Source: Zygnema circumcarinatum SAG 698-1b (Eukaryota > Plantae > Zygnematophyceae). From it: DNA of 64,000 nt. The DNA is taken from contig CM074822.1 in the NCBI GenBank assembly GCA_037447605.1, positions 1,821,492 through 1,885,491 of the forward strand, written 5' to 3'. The translations under genes and the position numbers were made by a program. This document shows positions 38,899 to 50,875 of this stretch, one piece after another (position 1 is the first letter of the stretch; every line of letters begins with the position of its first letter). The notes beneath the pieces are model-generated. The model was given only the letters and a program-made list of their open reading frames with translations, was not told the origin of the DNA and did no database searches.

Positions 38899-41652
38899 AT
38901 GATGGCTGCGTCCTCGGCCATGGCGGGGGCGTTGAGGATGAGGATGCCGGCGGAGGTCAGCTGCTCGACGACAGCGGAGAGGACACACAGATGCAGGCTG
39001 GGTTGCCACGTGGCAGGACTGGGATGCGGCCTGGGGAAGAGCTCACTGCTCATGAAGGTGAAGCGTGCGGCTGGTAGCCCGAGCTGTGTCCGGGCTGCCA
39101 TGGAGCCGCAGCACGTGGAAGGTGCGAAGAAGGCTGTGGCGAGGGAACCAGGCAGCTTCTCGGAGTCCGCTAGCTGGCAGAGTAAGATCAGTCAGCTGGT
39201 CCCAGCGGTGCCAGAGTGGGTGCAATTAGGACTGGGAGAAACGCTCAGGTTCTTACAGCGGCCTGCAGTGGTAGCCATGATTGTCGCAGCAGTGCTCATG
39301 TGCACGCCAGACTTCGCCATGGCTGCACAAGGCGGTGGCAGAGTAGGAGGCAGAGTGTCGCAGGGATCTCGTTCCTATTCGGCGCCGGCTCAGACTTATT
39401 CCGCTCCATCAACTACCTACATTGCTCCTTCCTATTCCGCACCATTTTTTGCGCCGAGTCCGTTCTTTGGTGGTTGGGGCTGGTCGCCTTTCTATGCCGG
39501 CCCGACTGTCGTTGTGGGAGGCGGAGGCGGCGGGCTCGGTGGGCTGTTCACTGTTGTCCTTGTGGGGGCTGTGCTGGTCGTTGTTGCGAACTCCGTTTTT
39601 GGATTCCTTGGGGGAGAGGAGGAGGACGACGTTTACTCCACTACCACGAGCGTGATGAAGCTGCAGGTGCGGCTGTGAATAAGCAGAACTGCTCGGCTGT
39701 TGGGCTTGTTAGTTGTATTGTCAAAATAAGCAGGTGTGGGTCTTCAAATGAACAGAAGCAGACTAGCTATCGGCTTTGAGTGGGAAAAAAGGTAGCAGGG
39801 AAACTTAAGCTGTGAGACTGAACGTGAAGTAGTGTCAAGGTAATGGAGTTGGGTGTACCCAGCTGGGTTTTTGCATCTGGTTGTGATCAGAGTTAGCATC
39901 TCTTATATTTCTTCTCGCCTGTTAGTACATAAATCAATAAATAATGAGCTTCCTATTGTGTCTGTAAAGCATGAATCCCGGACTAACCTTGAAGTATTGT
40001 CGCCCTTATGTACGACTACTCTAAACTTGCACTTTGTGTAGTTGGTTTGAATCTTAAGAGCGGTTTTTTTCTTTTTTGGTGGGCAGGTGGGCCTGCTGGG
40101 TATGGCACGAACACTTCAGAAGGACTTGGATCGCATCGGCGAGCGGGCAGACACGTCCTCCGCGGAGGGTCTTCACTATGTGCTGACTGGTGCATCCTCA
40201 ATACCCAAGTCATTCCTTTTGGAAAAGGATTGGTGCCTTGCGTGTGAGACTGTGTTATTCCCTCAATTCCCTCAATCCCGCATTTTGTCAGTGCTCACAC
40301 GTGCTTGCGGTGCTTTTGCAGAGACTGTGTTGTCATTGCTCCGACACCCGGACTACTGCGTCTATGGCACAAGCATGGTGAGTTTGAAGGCCCTTGGTGT
40401 GAGCGAGTCTACTGTTTAATGGAAAGCATTAGAAGTCTGGAAGATAGGGCGAGCATGCGTTGCTCTCGTTGACCCGTTCGTTGCTGCAGAATTGTCGCCT
40501 TATTGGGTATTCGCCGTTCCGGTGAGCTAGTTAGCCACCGTTATCTTGAATTTGTCAGCGGAGCAGATTGGAAATTTGGGGTCCTCTTGTTTATGGTGTC
40601 TCCTGTGACGGTGTTCCTTTATGTCCCTGCAGACGGATATAAAGAGCAACGCGGAGGCGGGGGAGGCGCGTTTCAACAGCCTCTCGTTGGAGGAGAGAGG
40701 AAAGTTCCGCGAAGAGACGCTCGTCAACGTGGGCGCTGTGCAGCGCGGCAGCAGCCGTTTGGCCAGCACTGACCGCTTCACCTCCGAATATATTGTGGTA
40801 TGCTGAACCTCGATGAAGATGATTGGGTTTCTTTAGCGGTTTGCTTATGCGGCAAGGTCGATCTCTGTCATGTCTGTTGGGTTGATTATGGACTGGTATT
40901 GGTTTGCGGATTCAAAGCAGTTGATAGATAGAACATGTGCAACGGGTTGAGTTAAGTTATGCCCGGGTTTCTCTTGATTGTTTGAGATTGAAGTCTCGAA
41001 ATGCATGAAGTTTTTGCGGTCGGTTCTCATCCGGAATGCTCCTTGAAGCCATGGCCACCTTTGGTGTGAAGTCATTTAAAATTTTCTTTTTTTCCCTTCC
41101 ACCAGTAATGAGGGAATTCAGCCGTTCTCATCCAGTATGAAGATAGACGGGACATGAACAGTTGCACCCTCGTTGCATGTAAACTAAACTTAACTGGTCT
41201 TTTGAACTTGAGGCTTAGCCGGAAGACGGTGTGGGGGTCTCTGCATCCATGTTCTAGGGTTTTTAGGGTTCCGCCTCTCATCCTGCAAGGGTCGTGCTTG
41301 CGGGGGTGCAGGTGACCATCATTGTGGCAGCGGACGGGCGAGTGCAGCTCCCTGACGTGAACAGCGCTCCCTCCTTGAGGGAGGCTCTCACCATTCTCGG
41401 CTCCGTCCCTGTGGACGCCATCCAGGTCAGTCAGTCAGTCAGTCAGTCAGTCAGTCGGTCAGTCAGCCTCTCCCCTCGCCCTGAGAACAAGTAGAAGAAC
41501 AAGAACCCTTTGGAGGGGCGGGCTCGGCTGACATCTTAAAGGGGTGGGCGGGTGGGCAGGCGGTGGAGATTCTGTGGACGCCGCAGAGGGATGGGGACAC
41601 TCTGAGCGCAACCGAGATGCTGGCGGACTACCCGCAGCTGCGCTCCCTCTGA
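38899..41652 (+). CDS. FLAP1: FLUCTUATING-LIGHT-ACCLIMATION PROTEIN 1 (DUF1517), chloroplastic
   Basis: Transit peptide, then AAQGGGRVGG...SYSAP, a Gly-rich TM segment, TSVMKLQ|VGLLGMARTLQKDLDRI...GLHYVLT|ETVLSLLRHPDYC|...FNSLSLEERGKFREETLVNV...EYIV|VTIIVAADG...SLREAL|AVEILWTPQ...DTLS...DYPQLRSL*. Confidence 0.93.
41427..41465. repeat. (CAGT)n tetranucleotide microsatellite in a FLAP1 intron
   Basis: Read directly after the GT donor. Confidence 0.9.
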
Positions 41653-43612
41653 GGGGAGGGAGGGAGGGAGGGAGGGAGGAGGGGACAGGGCGGAGGGGCG
41701 CATTTGTAAATTGGTGTTGCGAAGGGCAAGCTGCTCTCGACGTGCCTTCGTTTGGGGCTTTAAAGTATATAAGGATGTTAGTGGGGTCGCAGTAGAAAGG
41801 GGCTATTTAAGAGATATGTTCGCTGGTACTTTTTGTGCGGAAGGTTGCAGGACTGGCTTGTAAATTTTCCTTTTTGGACTGTGTGGAGAGTGGTGCCTAG
41901 TGTAGGAGTTGGCCATTGATAGGTTTCACAAAAATGTGTGATCCGCCTGCTTCCGGAAATGCGCTTATTCAAAATATGGGTGTGCTGCTGCTCGCGACTG
42001 TGCTCCGTTTGCAGTCTGCATGGGGCCATCCGAGTGCAGGGTATTGCCTGCAATAGCTCTTGTGGTTTGACCGGGCGAGCGTTGGGATATGTCATGCAAT
42101 GAGAAAGACTAGTGGCTTGTTTCCATTGTGCTGAAATGTTTTGTGGCGGTAATGTATTATATATGAATAGCCAGTAAAAATGAAGTTAGAAGCCTTCCCC
42201 TCGACGTGTATGGCTAGACATGCGGAGTCTCTGAACATGTGCAGGCTGTGCGTTCCTCAACATCATTCGGAAGTGTACTGCAGCAGAAAAAGCAACACTC
42301 TATGAGTAAAATCCGATTACCATTCGGAAATAGACCGTATGGTACGATAAAGATGGTTTTTCGCGTGTACTTTAACTAGACATGGTTGAGAAATCACAAA
42401 ACCGTACACTTAAAATTTGAGTCTAGAACGATGATGAGATAATCGATCATCTACCCGCGGACGCTTCTGACTTGTTCTTCGGAAGATTCAGCGATCCCTT
42501 TGTCTTGGTTAGCAACGTGTAGGGTTCCTGCATCCTAAAGCGATGTAAAGTGATGTAAGGTCTAATTTCGGGCTACTCGGCAGAGTTCCGATTTTTTTTT
42601 GGCATATTCCTCGGAGGTGAGAATTGCGGCTACATCTGGCCAGTTTGCATGTTTGCGTGACGGGTTCTACCTAGTCCACTGCATCCTCAGATTCGGATCA
42701 ACGCTCTCACAGGCCCTCAGCATACTCGTGTCGAAAATGGCTGTCGTTAATGGCTGCTTGGCACCACGGTTTGGTGTCAACCGGTGGTCAATGGCTTGCA
42801 AGAGCGCACATTGAGAGCATAACAACCCACCGTTGAACCGAACTCTCGTGAAGGACGAACTCGTCTGCCAAGTTCACGGAAGGTTTGCCGCACACCCGGC
42901 GGGAGGCGTGTCGTCATTCCAATGGTTCGTCGTCTTGCGCGCACCGACCAGGGACCAATCGCAGGATTGGACGCGCGCACTCCCCGCTCCCCCATGCGCC
43001 TCAACCCGCCTCGGCCTCTGCCGGGCGGGACTGCGGATGTGATGACGCGAACAGTGCGTTCCATGTCCCCGTCTGCGAACGGAACAACTGCCTGTCATCC
43101 ATGCGGGCGATTGACGGCTTGCGTAAAAATTGGAGTTCGAGTTGCTCGGGCACAAACTGCTCTTGGAAGGCGCCATTTGGGGCGTCCGCATGACACAAAC
43201 CTCTGCCACTTCCACTTATAGTGCCGTGTTGTTCTTGTCGTTGTTGGGCCTGGAAGCAGAGTGCCGTTCATAGCTTTCTCCTTTCGTCCTTAGGTCCTAC
43301 AGTTACCGGTTCCTCGTGGTTCTCTTCTCCAAGTTGTTGTTGTTGTAGTCCATGTTGCACCTTCCATGGCCTCGCCATGCGCGAGATCAATGGCAGTCCT
43401 CGTCTTAATGTGCTCATGGTGCAACACGCCGCAGTGTACAATGTCCATGAAAGCGACGGCATGGCCATGATGCGCGCATTGATGGGTCCCCTCCCGCACA
43501 TGCGCATGCGCATATGCACATGCATGCATGCCGCCAGCCGTCAATGCGCGAGCCGCCCACCGGTCAGCCGCCGTCACCGCGCCACGGAGGTTACTGCCGC
43601 CCTGGCCCTAAA

Positions 43613-44601
43613 CGTACGGACATGCAATTATCGTCCGTACGGGAATTAACTACGCGCGCGACTCCGCCGGAGCAACTCCGTTCGTATTCGGCCAATCACA
43701 GCCTGCCAATTCACATATATACACGTGGTGGCATGTCATTGGCTCGCATGCGGCCACCCCTATGGCAGCCGCCCTACCCTCGATTTTCCTACAGTTTCAG
43801 GTTTCTGGTCCTTCGCACAGTGACGTCATGCCAAACCATTTCGTCGACCTCACTGCAACCCGTGACGGCACTTGCTTTTTTTTTTGTGTTTTTGATTGGA
43901 GAGAAAATGCACCAGTGCTCGGCCGCCAGCTGGCGCAGCCACTGGGCGGCCTCTGCTTTTGCGCTAGCGACAAAAATAGCCGCCCGTGGCCAGCTAACAA
44001 CGACGCCGAGCAAAAACGTGGTTTCGTGTGAACGCCCACGTGAACTTCGTTTTCGTACCGGTCGCATCATCGGATGAATAACGTCACGCGTACGGTCTCC
44101 CGGTCAGCTCGTACGGCTGTTTTGGCCGCGACGATGTCAACCGAAAAGCACGGACAGTGGCGTACGGCCCTCGCCAGTCCGCGCTGTTCCCCCCGTGTGC
44201 TACGTGTAGCACGGGTCGGAATGCGCCGTAGCCATGCAGATCCCGCCACGTTGGACGGAGTCAACCTTTTCCTTCACCGGAATCGGTTGGATTCGTCCGC
44301 CCGCCCTGTCGCGTAGCGGTTGGCTGCAACCGCTTTCCAGCGCGGTCGGTTCGTACGACTCGCGCCGTTGGCCGTACGTTATGTTTGTCGTTTTTGTGAA
44401 TGAAGGCGCGCCCAATGATGGCGCGGCGCCGCATTCAAGGAATGCGCCGCGCGGTTCCCGGCCGTACGGACAGCTGACGGGTTTCGTACCCCCGCTTACG
44501 GGCGGGCGGCGGGCGCGATCCTGAGCGATCTGGCGGCTGCGCGCTCGGGCGCGTTGGCTGCAGGGTACGGTTCGTATGGTACGGAACAGCCGCGGCCGTA
44601 C
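43613..44601. promoter_or_regulatory. Dense CGTAC cluster (candidate SBP-domain binding sites) upstream of EAR gene 1
   Basis: CGTACG at 43613, 43636, 44089, 44110, 44161, 44352, 44373 and 44463; single-strand CGTAC/GTACG at 44054, 44485, 44565, 44579 and 44597; CCAAT box at ~43692. Confidence 0.55.
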
Positions 44602-44785
44602 AGTGCGCGGGGGACGGGGCGCAGCGCGCGGCGGCACGACACTGACCGACCGACCGACCGCGGCGGGCGCCTCCGTCGAGGAAAGGGGGCGGACAAGGGG
44701 AGGGAGGGGACGAGGGGAGGGATAGAGGGAGGGGACGAGGGAGGGGAAGAGGGAGAGGGAGAGGGAGAGGGAGAGGGAGGTCGCC

Positions 44786-46615
44786 ATGGCTCTGTTCGAC
44801 AAGTTTCTGGCCGTGCGTAGACACCCCGGCACGACGCAGGCGGTGGAGCAGCCGCTGGCGCTTGCGGCGCAGCTGGCGGCACTGCAGCAGCTGTCAAAGC
44901 AGCAGGCGGGGGCGGGGGCGGGGGTGGGGGGGGGGGCGGCGGAGGACGTGTGGAGCGTCGTGCAGCGCCAGTTCCTGCCCAAGTGCTCCGACGCGGAGGG
45001 GCTCCGGTCCCGGTCGGCCAGCCCGCCCGCCGCGCAGCTCGCCGCTCTCAGCCAGGCGCTGCGCGCGGGCCTGCAGGGCCCCTCCGCCCGCGCGCCGTGG
45101 GTGGCGGCGGATATCGACGGCGGCAGCGCCCGCAGCAGGGCCTCGTCTGCCGCCAGCCCATCCTGCATCACTGCCACGTGGCAGCAGGGAGCAGAGACAG
45201 GGTCTATCCAGCAGCAGCAGCAGCAGGTCAGGCCCTACGAAAGCCTGTCCATGGCTGCCCGCGCGTCCTGCATAGCGCTCAGCCATCGTGCTGCGGCCGA
45301 CATGCTCCCTGCAGGATGTTTACAGACGGGGGAGCGGCTGCTCTCGTCTCTCGAGAGAGCGGCTGGCGAGGAGGTCGGCCGCTGGGCCGGTACCGCTTCA
45401 TCAGCGGCCCCGCCGAGGGCCCTGCAGCAGTCGAGGGGGAGCAGGGCGGGAGCGCATTTGGTTCCCACATTTTCTGGCGCGGAAGAGTCGGGCACCGCCA
45501 TGGCGGGAAGGTCGGATGCTAGAGCTGGCCGGGGGTTTTTCCGGAGATGTGTGAGCGAGGAGTTCCCTGCTGTGTTTTCTTCTGCGTACGAGGCCGACCA
45601 GGACGGCGATAGGAAGGTGCTCGCAAATGCATCGGAGAGGGCGCAGCTGCACCATGGAAGCGCTGGCAACGGCTCTCCTACCAGCTGCCAGTCCAGCACA
45701 ATTCTCAGCTCCGTCGCCTCTTTCCAATCCTCCAAGTCCTTTGGCGTACGCTCCATCTCTGGGCCTATTCTGAGTTATAGCACGCAGAAGCGGAGCTTCG
45801 ACGCCATGGCAGGGGCTGCGGAAGCGCAGGCTGCGGGTGCAGGCGACAGCAGCCCTGCGGGGTCGTACGGCGCCAGCAGCAGCAGCAGCAGCAAGAGGAG
45901 GCCGACTGCCAGTTGGCTGTCCCCTGCCTCCCCCGCCTGCCTGCCTCCCGCCTCTGCGCCGGAGCTGCCCCGCTCCGGAAGACATGGCGCCGAGGACGGC
46001 CCTCTCGACAAGCCCACGACTCTGAGCACAGGGTACTTTGTATCTCCTATTTCCCACACTTCTCCTCCTCCTCCTCCCGCACAGCAGATCCTACCAGCTG
46101 GCAGCAGCCGAGACGCCGACTGCAGCGCCATGGGACGGTCGGCGGAAGGGGGAGCGTGGAGCAGCTCTATATGGGACCCCGACAGCCGCCGGTCCTCGCA
46201 CGCGTATCGGAGCGCGGCGGCTGCCTCCGCTTTCGCTGCGACCCGTCCCTCCCTCCCGCCCTTTCCGCCGCCGTCTGCTGCTGCCGCTGCGAGCAGGGCC
46301 ATGGCCGCCCCTGCCTGCGACGCGTGCGGAGGGGCGGGCGGCAGCGGGTGCAGGTGCAGGGGAGCCAATCGCCGGCGCGGGGCGGCGGCGGAGGACTGCG
46401 TGCTGTTCGGACGGAGCATGGCGGGCGAGCGGGACGCGGCGGAGGGGGATGGGGGAGAGGCCGCCGCTGCACCCCTGTGGCAGCCGCTGCAGGGGGGGGT
46501 GAAGCTGGTGGCCATGGATTTGCAGGCGTCCTTCATGCCCAGGGAGGAGAGCCGAGAGAGTGGTGATGCCGCGGAGGCAGACAGGGCGAGCTTGGATCTC
46601 ACTCTGCGGCTTTAG
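44786..46615 (+). CDS. Intronless 609-aa low-complexity protein with an LFG motif and a C-terminal EAR motif (LDLTLRL*); putative transcriptional co-repressor adaptor
   Basis: gccATGg start after a GA-rich leader. A single GC-rich ORF containing KRSF, CDAC...CRC, CVLFGRSM, LWQPLQ and terminal SLDLTLRL. No known DNA-binding domain recognised. Confidence 0.8.
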   Translation: MALFDKFLAVRRHPGTTQAVEQPLALAAQLAALQQLSKQQAGAGAGVGGGAAEDVWSVVQRQFLPKCSDAEGLRSRSASPPAAQLAALSQALRAGLQGPSARAPWVAADIDGGSARSRASSAASPSCITATWQQGAETGSIQQQQQQVRPYESLSMAARASCIALSHRAAADMLPAGCLQTGERLLSSLERAAGEEVGRWAGTASSAAPPRALQQSRGSRAGAHLVPTFSGAEESGTAMAGRSDARAGRGFFRRCVSEEFPAVFSSAYEADQDGDRKVLANASERAQLHHGSAGNGSPTSCQSSTILSSVASFQSSKSFGVRSISGPILSYSTQKRSFDAMAGAAEAQAAGAGDSSPAGSYGASSSSSSKRRPTASWLSPASPACLPPASAPELPRSGRHGAEDGPLDKPTTLSTGYFVSPISHTSPPPPPAQQILPAGSSRDADCSAMGRSAEGGAWSSSIWDPDSRRSSHAYRSAAAASAFAATRPSLPPFPPPSAAAAASRAMAAPACDACGGAGGSGCRCRGANRRRGAAAEDCVLFGRSMAGERDAAEGDGGEAAAAPLWQPLQGGVKLVAMDLQASFMPREESRESGDAAEADRASLDLTLRL

Positions 46616-47079
46616 GGTTCAGCTGCTGCGTGGGCGTGTGTATCTCCGCCCCTGCTTTATGCTGGAGGCGGCCAATCAGCAGCGGGCGCACTCGTTGAGA
46701 AAGTGTGGCAATCCTTGCAGGCCCCTTGGAGGGCGCGTCTCGCAGCAATAATGCTCATGGCTTAGACAGCGTTCTCCGTGGAAGCCGTCATTTTATAAAA
46801 TTTGAGTATAATTTTTTCAATGTTTAATATATAAGCATGCGGCTATTGCCGCTTTTGTCTGGGCTTAGTTGTCGTCGTCTTTTGACCTCATTCAGTGGTT
46901 GGTCGCATGTCTGCACTCTGCATGCTGGCTGACGAGCTGCAAGTGCGTGGCAGACGACATGGCGGCTTGTGAGCATGCATGCATGCATGCATGACTGGCC
47001 GTGCGTTCTCGAATGGGGGGGGGGGGATGAAACGCGGGACAAGGGGCTGCAGGCATGCGCGGGTCTTGCTGGAAGGGCA

Positions 47080-47320
47080 GCGCGTGCCATGCCATGATCC
47101 CCATAGTGCCATCCATCTCATGCCATGATCCCATGGTGCTAAACATGCCATCCTATGATCCCGTGGTGCCATCCATGCCATGCCATGATCCCCATGCTGC
47201 CATCCATGCTATACATGATCCCCATGGGGCCAGCCGTCAATGCCATGCCATGGTCCCCATGGCGCCATCAATGCCATGCCAAGATGCCATGAGGCCAGCC
47301 ATCAATGCCATGCCATGCAC
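47080..47320. repeat. Degenerate ~30-bp CCATG-rich minisatellite
   Basis: About 7-8 imperfect copies of atgccatgatccccatggtgccatcc. Confidence 0.8.
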
Positions 47321-47560
47321 CCCCCCCCCCCCCCGCCGCCGCCTGCTGGTTCCACAGGGCGCGGAGCCGCGGAGGCCCCTTCCCCGCGCCCGCCCGCTGG
47401 CCTGCACGCGCGAATGTCGGCGGTCCTACCCACCATCATTGCTTCTTGTCGCATTAGCGGATCCGCCTGCAACCCGCTCGAGCTGGTACTGTAGCGCGCC
47501 GGATCCCGCCGCTCGGCCGCAACCGACCTGCCGCCCGCCGCGCCCGGGTCTAGTCGGTGA

Positions 47561-50352
47561 CCGTACAGGAATATGTCCGGTATCGGAGCGGAAACGACAA
47601 GAGCCGGCGTTGGCGACCGTGCGTGAGAGAAATGGTCAGGTTGCCGTACTTGTATTTATGTAAATAAAACAATACGGGTTTTTGTCATGTAGGTTGCCCA
47701 TTTGATGGGTCGCCAGATCGATTTTGCCACGTCATCGGCTTCATTACCAAATCTTTCTGGAACGCGCTGACCGTACGGCCTGGCAAGAGGGAGGGTGCGC
47801 ATAGTGGTGTCCAGATCCTCCTCAGGGGGGCGAGAGAGACAGGGACGCGCTGGGAGCCGATCGGACGTACATACATGCATGCATGCATGCTAGCCACCTG
47901 GCGGGACAACCCGGAGGCAGGGCCAAAGCGGCCATTCACAGCGCACCACGTGGCCACCACTACCTACCAGGCGCCCGCAAAATTCTTTTTTGTTTTTAAC
48001 GGACCGCGATGGAACGGCCGCCAGCCAATCAGAAGCCACCGACCACGCGTCGTTCTGTTGTATAATGGGCGACAGGGACAGTATGTCGTTTTCAGCAAGT
48101 GCGGAAATTATCGCGACCTCGCCGGGCGGGCCCGGAAATATCGGCACCGGCCGTCCGCTGCAGCCGATGTGCGGCGGTTCCCCAATCAAATCGCCGCTCT
48201 CGCCTGCCCGTCCGCCTGCCGGCCGGCGACGGCCGACGACCTCTCCGGCGGTGCGTCGCGGCGATGGTACGGTCCGAATAATTCCAAACACTTCCGTGGC
48301 CCCCAGGCTGGGGCCGTACGGAGATACGGACTGGTGCCGCCCCCCGCGAGCGAACCCCTGCGCGTTCCGGTAGCACGGCGGGCCAATGGTGCGGCGCCAG
48401 CTGGCCCGCCCTCCGACCGGTGCCCCCCAAGATAGCCAGCTGGCCTTGCGGGCGGGCCAAGTCTCTTGTCGTATGCGGGCAGTAACGACCGCTGGATTGC
48501 CACGTCACGGCGGCGACTAGGCTTCGGGTCTGGTTGACCGTACATGAACGCAGCTACTCGGAAGCTTCCATTCCAAGTTTTCGTCAGCTTCCGTTTGAAG
48601 GTCGCGGCCGTACAGGGACGAAATTCGCCAGTTTCGCACGTGCGACGCTTCGTTCTGTCGCACTACCGTAAAACCGAACAGGTTGCGAAAAATATTGAAA
48701 GATTTTGGCTTCTCAAAAAGCAAAAACTTTCAGAACCAGTTTCTCAAAAATAATCCTATAGTTGTGAACACGATTCATTGTGAGAAATGAGAAATGAATT
48801 CCTATTTTTTTTTCTCGATTCAATATTTAGGAATGATGTTTGTCAATATTTATGGAGAACCAATTCAACATTGACCAATTACTTATTGTTCGTGTTCAAT
48901 TTGAGTTTTCCCTGGGTCTACCAATCAACAAAATGGGATTCAAGAGGACCGCAAAGCGCGTGGGCCCGGAAGTTCGTACAGAAATTTTTAATCGGCTCGC
49001 CTGACGAGTCGTACAGTATGGCAATTATGGCGCTCGGAACTAAATAAAAATGACTGGGATAAACCATTCCCTTTCGAGGATGCTAAAATTATAGTTTAAC
49101 CGGATCCCTCGAATTGCACGGAACTAACGTGTCGAAAATTGGAATCCACACAAGCGACCGAACACATTGAGTCTTTGAGCTTTTTTCTTAAAACTTTCCG
49201 CTTTCTTAAATCGAAAATGTTCAACTATTGAGAATTGAGAATTAAGTAAACTCGTTTCTCAATTTCTCATTTCCTGTTCGGTTTTACGGCATTGAAGAGT
49301 GGCGAATGGATGGCCCGGTGCGACGCTTTGCCCACAGTGCGACAGGTCGCCTGTAATGCGACGCATGGTCCGTCGTGCGACAGACAGCATGCAGTGTCCG
49401 TCCGTCGCACAGGGGCCTGCAAAACGACACTTGTCCGCTGCGAGCGCGATTCGCTCCTTCGCATGCCACAGTGAGCGTGCCGCGCTGGCCGCCTCCGTTA
49501 TCAGCACATGGAACCCACAGGAATCGTGTCGTGACCTGCTGAAGGTTCCATGAAATTAGGGTTCCATACCGGCCAATGGTGCGAGGCGGCATTTCGGCGT
49601 GCTTACCCGCCTCCTTGCAAATACGACAATTAATACCGCCCAGTTGGTCAGCTGGCACTCTGTACGAAACCCACTTGACCTTCTAGCTGACGTCCTGACG
49701 TCCACCCGGCGGCATGTGATTGGAAGGTGGCAGATGCGTGCTGTCTTATTGCTGCGCCACTAGGCCGCATACGACACGATGTCAGATTCTCAAGATGTAC
49801 GGGCTCCCCCCAACGGTCCCATCTCGCTCCTGCGGACCCCGAGCGGTCCTTACGCCCCCGCGGTGCCGTACGCCCACCTCGCCGATCGCGGTCGCGACGG
49901 GATCCGCCCGCCCGGCGGCCTCGCTATCGGACACGGTAAGGCGCCACGCGGCGGCTGCAGACCGCTCGTCTGAGTATATATTTTGTCGTGATAGATGTTT
50001 GCCGCGCCTCGCAGGCTGGCGCGGGCCACGTGGCGTCCGGCGGTCCGGCCAGCGAACATTCAGTCCCTCCAGCCGCCAGGGCTTCATTGAATGGCCCGCC
50101 CCGCCGCATCCGGCGGCGTTGACGTGCGGCGGTCTGCCAGCGCAGGCCACCTGGCAGGCCTCAGGCCCGCCCGTACGCCAGGCCCGCCCCGGCGGTCGGC
50201 ACGGCTCGGCAGGTAGCGCCGACCGCCCGCCAGCTCCGAGAGCGCAAGGCGACAACTCACGGATCTGGACCCCGCTAGCCGCCAACTGGCGATCATTACT
50301 CCAACAGGGCCCGACCAATCAGCTCGCGCCTGGCCGCCCAGGGGTTCGTACG
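47561..50352. promoter_or_regulatory. Second CGTAC-rich regulatory region (about 15 sites, plus CCAAT and CCACGT boxes) between the EAR genes
   Basis: CGTAC/GTACG at ~47562, 47645, 47772, 47866, 48267, 48315, 48539, 48609, 48975, 49010, 49662, 49797, 49867, 50172 and 50347. CCAATCAG at ~48024 and ~50315; CCACGT at ~47727, 47946, 48500, 50026 and 50514. Confidence 0.5.
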
Positions 50353-50875
50353 GCTTGAAGGGACGGCCGGGATTTCGTATCTTATTTTCAACGCGGCGTC
50401 CGGATCCACCAGGCCGGGCCGCATCCACCTGTTGAACACGTAGACCCACTAGTGCCAACCGCACGAGCGAGCCCCAGCATTGACCTCGCGCAGGCGCGCC
50501 GCGACAAGGACCACCACGTCACCTCCCACCTCCGCAATAGGAGGGCGCGCAGCCTTATGACGTCACTCACAATGATTGTTTCGGAGCCGGGCGGCGACGG
50601 GCCGCTCCCGTCCGCGCGGGCGCTGACCGGTGAGAGTGCGCCAGCTGGCGCCCTGAGGGGCGGCAGGGCGGCACCCTCCCGCCAGCTCGCGCTACGCGAC
50701 AGAGACGCACCCACTTGTGCCTCCCTCCCTCCCTCCCTCCGTCCCTCTCTCCCTCTCTCCCCATCTCTCCCTCCCTCTCTCCCGCCCTCTCCCTCCCTCT
50801 CCGTCCCCCCCCCGCCCGCATGCCTCCGCCCCCCCGCCACCCGCCGTCTCCCCGCGCCTCCCCGCCGCCGCCTCC

